From Phoronis australis (taxonomy: Eukaryota; Animalia; Phoronida), in the NCBI GenBank assembly GCA_002633005.1, contig NMRA01000521.1:200367-264366 (forward strand): DNA of 64,000 bases, written 5' to 3'. The notes beneath the pieces were generated by a model. The model saw nothing but the letters and a program-made list of their open reading frames with translations. It was not told the DNA's origin and did no database searches. A program made the position numbers and the translations under genes. Of this stretch, positions 13,845-27,918 are shown one piece after another (the stretch's first letter is position 1; every line of letters starts with the position of its first letter).

Positions 13845-14590
13845 CCTAAACTACATGGTTAACAGACAGCTAAACACGATGTCAGAAGCAAAAACATGAC
13901 TCGCGCAAACATCGTTTACTGCTCGACTCTCACACACACGGGATCGGACTCACAAAACACAATTCAATCATCCAAAATACACAGTCAAAGACTCGCGTTC
14001 ACTTGGAAGCACGGTACACAGACCGCCAAACACGGTTTACAGATAAAATATAGAATTCGGCTACCACAGTTGTTTAATGGGTGTGTAATTAAATATAATT
14101 TTGATGATATGTTTGTCTGAAATGTCATGTAATTGTTGTGAATTAGAAACAATAAACATTCTTTTTATTTAAAATGCTGGTTTGTTTTACAATTTATTGC
14201 CATCCATAATCTTTTTGTAACATCAATTCTCAATTTGACAGTGAGACCAGGGATTTCCGTTATCTTCTGCTTTCCTCTCAAAAACAACATGGACCTTAAA
14301 GAGACTCTTCGTTTCAATTCCCTTTCTGCCTACGTAATAATCACTATTTTGCACCACTTACCCGGGAAGTTGATGAGTCCGTGACCGTGTATTTGGCATG
14401 TTTTATCGGAGTGAATCGTGTTTGGCGGTCCGTGTGTCGTGTTTGTGGATCCGTGACCACGTATTTTGACTGAATGAATCGTGTTGTGAGTCCGATCCCG
14501 TGTGTGCATATGAATGGTTTTTGTAGGTACGTGAGTAGTGTTTTTGCATCTGACAACAAGTTCACCAGTCCATTAACCGTGTAATTTAGG
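13845..14590. mobile_element. ~750-bp element with long imperfect TIRs in Mxd intron 3
   Basis: Ends CCTAAACTACATGGTTAA...TTAACCGTGTAATTTAGG are flanked by TA. The arms stay alignable for ~200 bp (e.g. CACACACGGGATCGGACTCACAA versus TTGTGAGTCCGATCCCGTGTGTG). Termini are ambiguous by 1-3 nt. Confidence 0.75.
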
Positions 14591-17500
14591 TACTCGATTT
14601 AACATTCTGACCAAAGCCATGGTTTCTGTTGACTGTCGATCACTAATTAGTTCAGAAGCAACACTCAGCAAATTAACTTAGTTCACAAATTAAAAATGAT
14701 AAATGTAATGGTGCAATCCAGGTATAGAGATCTGGAACCATTTCAGTTAGCACGGAATTTCAAGTACCATAAATAGCAAGCAGAACCTGGAATACAACCG
14801 AGATCTCTAACTGGTCTGAGTCAATAAGATTCAGTCCAAAGTGGGATGCAGTGGCAGGTATGTGAATCAAGCTAAAGTAGCTCCACCTCAGCACTATTAA
14901 GAAAGGTGCAAGGAAGCTGTTTGTAACAGGCTCATTTTGTTCAATAAAGTCCTGTTATTTCATAAGTATGGGGGTTGTGCAGGCCTTCAGTGACAAACAA
15001 TGAGGTTTAATGATGGACCAGGGATTTCAGAGAACAAGCATGGTTTGAGCTATTACTTAGAGTTGATTGACCCCTACAAGCTGGTGATTGGTCAATCATT
15101 ACTGTGAAGCAGTCCTAGCTGTGGTCAATGGCCAAGGTAATGTTGCTTGCAAGGTCAATGACAGGTCAATACCTTTCACACACCATCCTAGTAGATGACT
15201 ATTTATTTCAATTAAACAGTGGTACCACAGTATGACATAAGTCATGTTCAGGTTTTACAGAAGGAAAGCTACATACAGTGGAAGATAATAACTTTATGTG
15301 CCATTGAACTACGGATAGTGGTCACAATGTGGTGACGTCACCCTGGAACAACATGCACAAGTCTAACTTCAAGCAAACTCATTTGGGAACACTATTCTTC
15401 AGACAGAGACACCAAAAGCGGATAACAAACCAAGTATCTTACTAATGGAGAGCACAGCACAAGTCAGAACTTTTCGAAAATGGGCAGGTGATGGGGTATT
15501 TAGGTTAAAATTATACCTTCCAAAGAAAAAGTGCAAATAAAAAACAATTTCCGCTTCTCTCGTACAAAGAGAAACAGCACAGTTCTCCAATCATAGTTGT
15601 TACTTGGCAATGATTGCATTTTCTGTTTCTGCCACACGTAAGATAATTCACCATAAACGCAATCAAAACCACAGTGATGCAAAACAAAATCTCCAAAACT
15701 GCCAAGATGTACAGACGCCTAGTGGACAGTTGGGAAATCTCGTTACAAAATACCAGCACATGCACTCCACTGAAATGACAGCGCACTGGCCTAACGGCAA
15801 CTAAAAATTCCACACAGATGTAATAAAAAACATGACCTTGTTAATGATCAGCTCAGCCTATCAGCATATAGGTCAAAGCAAAGTGCTTGAAGATGAGGAG
15901 CATGTCTGTTTGATCAATTCAGTTAAACACCAAGTACAATAGTTATTAAATAAATTAGACTTCCATAAGAGTTTGGTCGGACTCTTTCAAACTTTGACGA
16001 ACTTCTTGCTAAAATCATTTGGCAGTTTACCTGAACCCTTGTCACAATGGAATATCATTTCCGTTGAACACCAGTCAAGTTTTGCACTAATTTGTGGAAG
16101 AACTTTCAAAGTGAGTAGTGTGACTTTCTACTGTTCTTGAAGTAACACGTGTCAAGATCATGACAGAACCGAAGAGCAGTTCTTGACAAAAAGAAGTGAA
16201 TGGTAAGGTGATATTTTGAGCATCCACACAACAATTTTGCTGCTACCAAATTTATTTTGAAAGTTACTACAGTGATGCCCAAGAGCTGAGTAACAGTCAC
16301 TGCAGCTAACCACTACACAGCATGGGCAATTTTGTATTAATCAGTAGGACAGTGTACCTGGCCACCTGGCGTGCGTTCAGTAGATGTTGTGTTCTGGCGA
16401 AGTCTTGCTTAATTAGCGAGGTCCTAGTGTTACTGAACAGGAGGCTGGTGTGCAGCTTATTACCAAAGGCCAAGGTCAACACCCATAACCACCAATCATT
16501 GAATTGCATAAAAGCAAGGAACATGCCACAATAGGCTATGGATTCTACTTGTTATATATGGGGAGATTAGCCATTGGCATCTCTCCCACTTCCTTTTCCT
16601 CCTAATGGTGCTTCTGGGCTTGAATGAAAACAATGAAGGTCAGTTTGATTCAACAAGTAGCAATAGACATGCTGGCTGGTCCTGTGTTGTGTTCCTGGAT
16701 GGAATAATTCAGGTCATAACAAATTGGGTACTGCACTTTCAATGTAAATCAACATCCATAGTTTCCCTGATCTATTTTCTACACAAGACAAAAAATACCG
16801 AGTACTTAGAGGATTCGGTGTGCAATTACTGGTCTAGTGAGCTTGACACCTCCATTTAGGGTTGATTCTTCAGTCACATGCCAAGTCTTGATAAAAACCA
16901 CCAAATAAAAACAGTGCCTTGAGTTTCCAATTAACTGCATGGCCTGCTTAAAAATCTGAAGTGGCAGGCCAGTGATCATTCACAACATCAGATTGGGTTT
17001 CACAACACAGATTCTTCTAATCCTCCACCCAAGAACTGAATTGAAGATCTACAGTGAAAATAAATATATTCGCCATTTTGAAAAGGAAGTCATTACCACA
17101 AGCAAGGTATTAGAACTTGCAAGCCAAAACCATTAATTATCCAGTCAATGTGAGGAACACTTGCTAGTTTCTGCCAGTGACACTGTTTCCTTGGCCTTGA
17201 ATGATTATGGGCCAGGGAAACTGGGACAAGCTGCCACTTGAGGTCAGGAATTTGCTTATCAACTTGGAACAGTGCCAAATTAGGTTGAGTGAGGAAAACC
17301 CAACAGTCATTGAATTTCAGCTCCATCAGTTTTCATTAGTCCATGAGAAACAAAAACAGACAAGAACTTTGAAACAAAAACAATGTTCAGCATAGTACCA
17401 GGACTTGTATGCAACTACCATAGAAGTCATTTTGCTGTTCAAATATATGAAGGTGTCTGAAATATGATAGATATGTATAAACTGGTGGTTTAATTAACCA

Positions 17501-20500
17501 AACCAAAACAACAACAGTACATATGAAGCGTTATGTGCATCTCATAACTATGGGAATGTCACAAGAGTGTATATAAAAATGCATGTGATTAATGAACCCA
17601 GGGCCAGGAGAGGTGTCGACATCACTAGTGGATGGTTTTACCTATAGTGAGCTCTGTCTGAACTAAAATGTAGCAATCAACCTCCATTATGCTGCTCATC
17701 AACAACAGTACATGCCACAACCAGAAATGACCTCCTTGTTGTGCCTTGTTGTGAAGGCAATGTGCCGGACAACTTGTTGTGCCAAGAATTATTACAACCC
17801 CAGCTAATTTCACTTTGGGAATACTCCATGATGATTTGACCTGCAAAGCAAAGACCTCCAGATGTTTCCATCAAACAGAATTTGTCCCACATATCAAGAA
17901 TGTAATGCGACTGGTTTGAAACACTTAACTGTGTACTGGTGGACGCATTTGCATAGGTTTCTAACACTTCGCCCAGGACTTGAGTTAATGAATATGATAC
18001 CTACAGAACAAAGTATCCTTGTATTCCATCCTTAAAATGCCAGAATCAGTTTACTTTTAACACCATTAACACCTGCAGAGGGAAGTGGGGGTTTCAATGC
18101 ACAGTGTCAAAACAAGTTTACCAGCACTTAATGTATGCATGCTAACTGGTAACCAGCATTTCATTATTCACTTGAAAATTGATCATGTTCCACAAACATG
18201 TAAGCACCAAGACCTCGTTACATGAAGTGTCTTCACATATGTGCTTAACAAAATGGAGTTTGTCGAATGGTTACACACTCCAGTTTGTTATTTCTAATAT
18301 TGTAATTCACAAGGCGATCACTTTATAGATTTCATGTCAACCCAGCACCAGGGGAAATATATATTGTGGTAAATGTCCTAGAGGCAGCAAATCAATGAAC
18401 AGACATTTCTGTGTACAAAGAGACTTGTAGATATATGGTAATCCACTCCCTCTGCTTCATGACCAGTCCACTATCTCATCACAATGAATGAAAAAGATTA
18501 ATTATTCACAGCTCCAACTACAGTCCCTATTGGTCATCAAAGACTGTTGCTTGTGCAAGGCACATGTTCACCAGGCAGACACCATGTCCACAAAGGGATT
18601 CCCCTGTTGACCCACTCTTATGTAAACTGCAAGTACAAAGACTGGACTACTCAATTTGATGAACTGGACTGCACTGTACACACCTGGTGACAGCCAGGTA
18701 GACAAAGGACAGGTGTACCTTTGTTTGTGGGTGGACAATTACAATAACTGGTTCTTTTCAAGGCTATTATTCATTCCTAGCCATGTGCAAAAAGCCAGCA
18801 CATAGGTCACCAAGACCCATGAGTACAGTAGATCTTGATCAAGACCAAGGCTGGGGATTTCCAGGCAGATGGTTTGGGTTGTCATCAAAAGAAATAACAG
18901 AAATGAGATAAGCAGGGTCAACAGTGCTCAAGTTACTGTTTGCTTGAGTGTTAATGAGAATTTCCAAGTTAAAACGACTAGTGCCCATAGGCTCCCCACT
19001 TGCAACTCCAGCATATCATTGACAGCTTCAGACCAAACATGGAGTTTGTAGTATATTAATTCAGTCCGAGCAGATAAATAAAAAACTTCAACAAAAATTT
19101 CACCGAGTAATGATTAACGCAGCATTTTATAAAACAGAAATTTATCACGCCTGGGATATAAGATTTCAAAAACTGTAAAACTGCTCAAGTCTTTCTGGTT
19201 AGCCCAGCATTAATTTGAAAATCAAAGGTCATTGGAACAGCCATGTGGACAAAGGGCAGTACTTAGTGTTTCCCCATGTGACAGCAAGTCATGAGATCCC
19301 ATAAGTGGCCAGTGGACTAGGATGAGAAACAAACACACTTCCCTACAAGACAAGTGTGAAGGGCAATCTTGTAAGGTCAACAGCCACCTGGAAAACTGTC
19401 TTCTCAAATCAACACAGACTTGGCCTGTTGTTGGGTTCTTTGGTTTGAAATACTACAAAATAGGGATACTTTGAGATAGAACCAACTGTTCCAATTTTAG
19501 TTTAAATAACTTTCCACTGACAGGGCTAAAGGACACCGGGGAGGCAAATTGAGTGAAAATGGCGGCGATTAGAGGGATACAGAGTTCTAAGAAATCAAAC
19601 TTGGACCTGCCCACTACAACCTAGGGACCTGTTCTGCTTCAAACAAATTAGCTTTCTATGGCATCTTAACAAGCCCAAAAAGGCAGCCTGGCCTCAACTT
19701 AATGAGCTGGAGATCCCATGTGCGACCTGAAATGTGGAAATGCAAGCTGGAATTTTGGCCAACTCGCATCAGTCGACTTGGAAATAACAAGCCGTGTAGC
19801 GCATGGGCTACTCCAACAAGCCGTGCCCTAAGACGAAGCACTTGCTGTTCTGTCTCATGCCTGCAGCTTATCACAAAATTTTATCACTTTTTCAATCCGG
19901 TCACTAGGTGTTTTCTGTTCTTAAATGCTAAAAACCATGATTTTTTTGTGCTGGAACGTGAAGTGCAACTCAAATGCCACAAATGCAACCTGAGATTTCG
20001 GCAAGGACACGACGGACGAGCCGTTGTTTTTCATAGCATTGAGGGCTGCCAACAGTTTCTCCTTTGACATAGATGCCCCCTAAAGCCAGTGGTGCATACA
20101 AGTGATGTGACTGGTAATCAATAATGAGGCCTGAATAGAGCCAGAATCACTGGTGTGCATGTGTGAGATATGAAGCCAAGCCAGGCTTCCACAACAGTTG
20201 TTTAGATTAACCTTAACAAGCCTGCCAGGAATAAACCAAGCCATGCTGTTCACATGTGCCCAGGGAATAATCACAAGACCAACCATATAGCAGAATGGAT
20301 TTATACCATAAATTGCTTCTCCATTACAGGCCTCCTGCTACCAAAACAAAACATAGTAGATATTTTTGTAACTGCACCAAGACACTTTGCAAAAGTGAAT
20401 TCAAAAACTGGGGTTTGGCATTAACCTGGACATTATACATCTCACACACACTATATATTAAACCAGGTATTGATTTGCTTAAAGACAAACCAGGAGAAAG

Positions 20501-23500
20501 TTCAGCGTAGGTCACTCCACCAGTGTTGCTACATATTGACAACTATGGTTCACTTTGAAAAACAAACACAACAGCCAAGGTATTTCCACAGCTTTAGAAA
20601 TCATCTATTCAGGGTTGGAATTTGACATTTTTATATGCATGGAAAGGTCAATGTATTTAGGATGAAATTTGTCTGATGACTTTACCACATTGAAGTATTT
20701 CCAAGCCTTATCAAGGGGATATATACCATATGCCCCTTCCACAGCACAGACTCAACTGTAACCACGAAAATGGCAAGATCACCCAAGTCTTCCAAAAATA
20801 TTGCCATGTATTACAAGCCAAGCTAGTGAGGACAGTGTTACAGTGCAAGGTCCTTATGTCTGTTGGGAACTCATTCCAGATCACAAGGTTACCTTGTAAG
20901 CCTTGACAGTGGGGTGAGATGGCCAGGCAGCTCACAATGAGGTCAGGTATCATAACAACCAGCACAAGCTGACAAAACACTGACAACAGTAGAAACCACA
21001 TGAAGGGATAAGAGTCACCAGCCAAGATGGGGCTCTAGGCTATGATACCACTAGAGATTGTCAACAGTATGCTGCAGGTATACACATTCTAAAACAAGAA
21101 TATGGCTGCAGAACAATGGTGCAAGTGGGACAGGGAATCTGCTAGCAATTTGATAATAGTGTATATAAATAAAGTCACTCATTGTTAGGAGGGCACTAGG
21201 GCAGGTAATCTGCAGAATACCACAATGGGAGAGGCTAAGAGACAACATACTGTAGTCAGAAGGGTAATTACAAGGGATGGCATGCTCACTTGTGTTTGGT
21301 TAGCCTGAGGGGATCTAGAAGGAGATCAGACTTGATAGGCACACAAGTGACTCTGGGTCTATTGTTTAACTTCTAAAGAGACATGGATGTTGCAGAGGAG
21401 GAATTTTAATAATGGTGTCCATGTTGACACAAGAGGAACAAAGTGTGCACAAGTTCACTGCAATGCTTAATGACTGAAGAGCTTTTAATTATTCACCACA
21501 CTCTCAATGAAAACATTCAACCCATGCTTGCTTTGGCATGGTTTGAAAAATCAATGAAAGAAGACAAGGCTTTTGTGTGCACATGGTTTTTACATCAACA
21601 GTGAAAAATATTGGAATCAAATGGAAGTCTTACAAACATTTGTCATTGCCAATGATGGAAAATACAATTCAAGTTTTCTCTTAAGAGTTGGAAACAAAAA
21701 TCTTCTTATGCTATGAGCAAGAAAGTGCAAGTCAATGGATACGTATGAGATCTTTCTGCACAATCATTTTGCCTATATTCAAAAATTACCACTCAAATGA
21801 ACAGTAACAAGGAGTCTATTCACATTTTTAGTTGATCAATTGGTTCCGGTCATAAACAGGAAAACAATTTCACATGCACTGATAAGTTTTCAAACAAAAC
21901 CATGACAATAACAGAAATGCCCATTTCAAACACTTGAAATCAAGACTAAAACTGGACCTGAAAATGTTTTGGATAACCTAGCCTGGTTACAGCACTGCAA
22001 CACACAGCTTACTGCATTGATAATCCTATATCTGTAGTAGGGGCATAACAAGACTGCCATACTGTTGAGGCTTGAACAGCAAGGAAGTAAGGGTGTGGTC
22101 TGGTACAAACAAGGTGTTACACCAGTTTTTACTGATTACATGTGAAGTTTAATTCTTGAGAACTATCTGGTCAGAAAATAAATACCATTTTGGAAACAAG
22201 GTGTCACATAGAACTAGTTCAGTGTTGCATTTGAATTAAATACAAAAGACTGTGGCATGTTTACAACTGTGCTTTTCACAAAATAATGATAAGTCTAACA
22301 ATTCCAATAAGGACAAAGATCAGATAATTCCTGAAACAAATGACAAACAGAAGTAGGCAACCCACAAAATAATACACAGATTCATAAGTGTTATTCAACC
22401 TAGCCCAGGCAAATACAGTGCCATCCTATTGTCAGGTCACCCCAGATGGTTACTACATAGATCATTAAACCCTATGTTGTGCACAGCATATGTGAAGAGG
22501 CAGATAAATGATGTTGACCTATAGGATGACCTTTCATAGGGAAGACACACCTAGGCACAACTGTCAATCATCTCTGCAAATCCATATTATATTTATGCTT
22601 TTGCAACATAGTGATGTAGTCTAGCTGTTCACAAGTGAGGACCAAAACCCTTTCATAACTGCATTAGATATTCAATCCCAACAATCACTACATCTATCAC
22701 TGATGCCATGCATTTCCCAGAGTAATAGCCACAGGGTTCCTACATTTGACAACCAGTTTGTCCACTGAATAGTGGGCAACAAACTGATTCTCAAAATGAG
22801 GGCCCCACAAGTGACCACCATCTTTCCCATAATCCCCAGTATCCGGAATAACAAAACTTCAAGCTCATTTTGTCATGAAGGACCAACAAAAAACACACTT
22901 CACCATGTGCTACTAATATCAGCTGATGGAAACCTAAATATAACACAAATCCCAGACTGGCATTAAGTACAATACTAAACCCGGTAACAACAAGTTCTTT
23001 GAACCAATGTCAAAGGCCCACTCAGCTAAGTTTCAAATTCAATTGCTTGATATTTATAAATTTTACAACCAACATGGCAGACAATGGTGCACCATTAGCG
23101 TAATTATAACATTTCTATGGCCATTGCTGCCAGCCTGAAAGAACCCCAAGCGAACCATTAGCAAATGTAAGTATAGAATAATGAGCCACGTGTGCCAGAC
23201 TATTGATTAACAGGACAACAAAAACAAACCAGCCATTGCAGTTCTTTCAAAGTTAATTGTGCCGCTGGAACCAATGTTCACACACACAGGACAAAGTAGC
23301 TGGGTATGAAAAAACAAATATTACAATAATGCGGATAGTGGAAATGGAACAGTAACTTATTAAGTTCTAATATGAGTCATGGATTTTCCACCATGTGATT
23401 GAGTATTATCTGCAGATTTCTGAAGATCTCGGAGTAAGTCTGCAAAACAATCATCTAGGAGGATCCCCTTGTTAAGTTGAAAACCGAGATTCACATAGGC

Positions 23501-25838
23501 ATATAGCAAGACACCACCAGCCCATTGCTAGGGTTGCTCTCTGGTACAGTGCCACCTACGGTGGACAGTGGCTCTGTCACCCTGCAATAGGATGATAACC
23601 TCTGCCAACAAATCTGTGCATGGGCATCTAAGCATGCATGCCTCTGGGCGTTTGTCGTGAACATGGATGTTACCGAAATGAGCCTGAACAGTACGATGAA
23701 TTGGTTCGTTTTTTTGTTTGACACCTCATTGTCTTGAATGTGTCACAATTCACAAAATCCGAACGTGTGTAAGATGCCTCCATTCAGTCTGTTCATCTTG
23801 TTGCAGCATACACAAACCATTAAGTAGATTCTCAATATATGGAGCAGCACACTTGAGCACTTGTTAACATCAAACAATCCAAATGCCCAAACCTTTACTT
23901 TTGAAAATCTCCAAATGTGACTATGGCTAAAGACCCTTTCAGTTTCATAAAACTGGGAAACAGTGTACACCAAGACTGCAACTCTCATAAAAGTACAGTC
24001 TAATATCACCACTGGAACTAATCTGTCATCCTGTGGTGGTGACATATGACCAAGTCCCACGCCATAATTAGCAACAGATCAAATCACAGCCACATGGCCC
24101 TGGTCCAATCAAATGATTATGACCAGGAGATAAGTTAACACAAGACAACCAGGGTCCAGAACCCTGGCCTGAGAATACCATGAAACAGCCAGTCAGGCTG
24201 TACACTGTATTCCATTACAGATGAACAAGACATCATGGTACCACTGCTCTAGTCAGAGAAGCACTGCTATTTAACAAGTCTGCAATAGTCAAACTCAAGA
24301 GGAAATAACTCCATGAGGTTCATGAACCTAAAATTTCCTTCTATGTAAAGCATAAGACCTCACAGCTTGTCAATATACCCATGGCAAGAACAAGGAATGG
24401 ACAATACACAGGGTTTAATACTTAAGTAAATAATTTGTTCCAACAAGGTTCAGACAAGGGAGGGTAGGGGTGTTCCTGCAAAAGCATAGCAGTGTGCAAG
24501 GCAGGGTTATCAGGACTCCTCATTACACAACTGGGAGAGGTCAATGAAACATCAGTCATTGACAATTATCATAAGTCAATGTCTACTACAATGCCCAGGG
24601 AGAGAGAACTTAAATCAGGCTTAGTTTTAAGACATTGTGCCATAGGTTATGGATGGATACAGCCCAATACATAAACTAATGTGCAACTTGCAATTGAGGT
24701 CTACAACCACCATGTTTTCAGATGTAACAGGTTAGTAACACTGCATGAAGACACCAAGTTATGTGAACTGGTGAAGGGTCAGTTGCTACTACTGTGAATA
24801 AGACAAACTAACTGGAAATAATAAATTTAAAACTTCAGGTCATCATCAGGTGTTTTAAACCAACCATCAATGACTGTAAACAAGTTAAGTCGTGTCACGA
24901 CTGGCTACACTTTATCGATCAAAATCATTTGAAACGCTATATTACACCCACGCTGTGACATTTTTTTCCCTAAACATGGTGTGAAAATGAGCAGTAAGTT
25001 TCCTAATAATGAAAACCAGAAACCTGATAGAGTGTCAATAAGGACATAGTAGGGGAAAGACTAATTGAACATGATGTTCAAAGGTGGCCAGTAGAATATA
25101 TGATGTATGTAAGATAGAGGTCAACCAAGCAAATTGTATGCAGGCAACAGGATGTCTGACAGTCATGTGATCAAAACACACAATTGGTGCCCTGGATGAC
25201 ACTGTAGTGAGAGCCTGGCACTGCAAAAGGCTGAGTGGAGAGGTCAGACCATATTTGTTGGCATGCACTAGGAAATACCATACACATGTTAAGACATAGC
25301 CTTAAGAGTGAAAGAATGCATTTTTGAAAATGTGTAAAACTGCAATAATCTTAAACAGTACGCCACGGCCTTATATTCAAAAAGACCCAAAATCGCTCCT
25401 TAGACTAGATATAGAAGGCTAATTATTCTTGTACTTTTCTTTCTGCCAGTCATATCAACACTTACAAACAGCGACAAAATTAGTTAAACGTTGGCTATAT
25501 AAAACCAAACAGCACCTGTTGTGAAAAGGCCAATATAAACAGATCGGCTTTTATAAACAGGATTTTACAGTATATATACCTGCCCTCAGCATTATGGAAA
25601 CTTTCAATTTGTTGTTTTCGACCTGGCAAAAATCTTAGCTTACAATTCAGAGAGCCATCTCCCATATACTGATCCTCGGCCAAAAACTATGTTAGGGTTA
25701 TTTTCAGTGTTGCACTGCCCACTTTTCCAAATCAACAAAAAAATGCTGTTGGAGTATGATTGGGCGATGCGACTCAGCTGAAATGCCAACGCTGCACACT
25801 TTCGGCTAATGCAAAATTGCCAAATTCTCAGAAACATT

Positions 25839-26332
25839 CAGGGCTTGGGATGACCAATGACAAAAGACGCGGAAACTTTTGAAACTTTTACGGCCCAAAT
25901 CATGCCCGATAACCAGCCTTGAAATGGTCAATGTGAACTTCAAAAATCGGGAGGACAAAAAAAACATTACCACCATCAGTAGCATGCGTCTGCGTCCTTT
26001 TAGCTCGCCCGTCCACTCCCAACCCACACATTTTTGGCTGCAGAGCGGTAGTATTTGTCGCCGCGCTTAACAATAACACGAGACGCCATTGAAAATCCCA
26101 CCACGCTGTCCCAGATGCCCCGGCAATGTTGACAATTTACGTTCCTCGAAACATAAAGAGCAACTTCCGCTTTTCGAGGCGAACGTCGTCTGCAACGCCG
26201 CGGTAAGAAAGGAATTTGCCGCGGAAATTTTATATCAAATCCGACTTTTTTAAGCGGAAATATTATAAAAAAGCGGAAAGCACATTTGAAAAAAGCGGAA
26301 ATCCGCGTTTCCGCGGAAAATTCCAAGCCCTG
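25839..26332. mobile_element. 494-bp non-autonomous DNA transposon (hAT-like ends) in Mxd intron 3
   Basis: TIR CAGGGCTTGG/CCAAGCCCTG with a 6-bp TSD AACATT (25833-25838, 26333-26338). Repeated subterminal GCGGAAA motifs; CpG-rich. Confidence 0.82.
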
Positions 26333-26845
26333 AACATTTCAAAATTTCAGGTCGCAAATGCTACTTGCAGCTTGCTATGTCGAGTCCTGTACACTTAGTC
26401 CTATGCAGATGAACACTGATACAAATACCATTCTACTTGCTCTCAAAATGAAATACAGTCTAACTAAAACAGTACCCATAGACAACATGCTAACACCTTT
26501 GCACTGTATGCTAAAGAGAACCATAGTTAAAGGCATTGCACTATTTCATGACACAGATATTCAAGTCAGTAAATGATTCTGAAACTACAAACTGAATTCA
26601 ATGCTAGGGCATGACTGAAGAATATCGATTTTGTGAAAAAAATACAGCCATGGTGTACACTGCTAATTCCCAATACAACGCATGATTATTACAACTCACA
26701 AACTATAGAACGGTGAGCTAATAATTTTACTATGCCTACCAGACATATTTAAAGTAAGGCAAACAATCTTGAATTTAATGCAAAATGGTAGCACCATAAA
26801 TTTGCACAGAAATGCAAACACAGGGTGTTTTATAATTGTGCATAC

Positions 26846-26875
26846 CTGCTTTTTTCTAATTCATTATGTGTCGAT
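26846..26875 (-). CDS. MXD: Max dimerization protein, 30-nt exon 3: basic region
   Basis: Acceptor CTTTTCAG, then (R)STHNELEKS(R), donor GTATG. This is the bHLH basic region with the E-box-contacting H and E; phase 2 at both ends. Confidence 0.93.
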
Positions 26876-27706
26876 CTGAAAAGGAAAGAAAAACAAGCTA
26901 TGAAAAGTGTGACACTGGAAATTTTCTAGTCATGTGTGTGTCACAAGGCCTTATCACTATTCATCTGGGACAACCACTTACTCAGCCAGCACCTATTTAC
27001 ACAGGCATAATAGCTATTCAACCAAAACAAACCAACCTCTGACGTGGATACCAGGACCTGGCACCCGTCCAGAAACATGCCCAAAACGGTTGTAAAAATG
27101 GCGTGACTGTGAGTAAAAACTTTTGAAGATTGCCATGCATGTATGATGACGTCTTAAATAAGATTAATTGTAATTAAAATCGTTGATATGGCACCAAAGA
27201 AAGATTAGCTCACAATTCAATCACAGCCGGGGCCCGGGAATTTGTCGTAACTAAAGTTCACCCGCCAAAAATCGTTACGAACGTTGGAATCAACGAATTT
27301 ATTACTTGTGACATGCTAGCAGTCAAAATAGGATGGAACGTTAATTTATTTTTCACATCCCAGGTTACATGGTTGCATGCACGCCGTTCGTTTGTCGAAG
27401 TACGATTCTTTTTGCAGAAAATATCGACGAGCTAAGCAACATGGCGGGCGTGATCGATAAAAGCATGACATACATGTGGCTCGTTAAATCATCGATAACA
27501 CAAAATTTATTGATAACAGTGCAAATATCTCGATGATTTTCAATTAGCTTAAGATTCATTTTGACATTAAGTAAGAATCGGTGCATGAAAGAATCTAGCA
27601 AACACAAATATTGCTGCTATTCTGTATCAGTGAAACGGCAGATGGTCAATCAGCTGATCGGGCGCCAACTCAGTTAACTTCAAATTTTGTTCTATATTCG
27701 TCTTAC

Positions 27707-27794
27707 CTGTTTCCCTGAGGTTTTTTAGGCTTAACTTTCCTCCTGGTATAGTCTTCTGGAATGGGCATAGTGGATGCATAGCCATGCTCGGCTT
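27707..27794 (-). CDS. MXD: Max dimerization protein, coding exon 2
   Basis: Acceptor TTTCAG, then (E)AEHGYASTMPIPEDYTRRKVKPKKPQGN(R), donor GTAAGA. EAEHGYAS is the Mad/Mxi1 hallmark. 88 nt; phases fit both neighbours. Confidence 0.95.
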
Positions 27795-27918
27795 CTGAAA
27801 TCGAAAAAATCGAAGACTTAGATGCCTCAATCCCGACATTTCCAACGTGGCAACCCTTCATAACAAGGCGATCAAGCATGAATAGTCTTTCTCAAACTTA
27901 ACCGATAGCTTTACAAAC

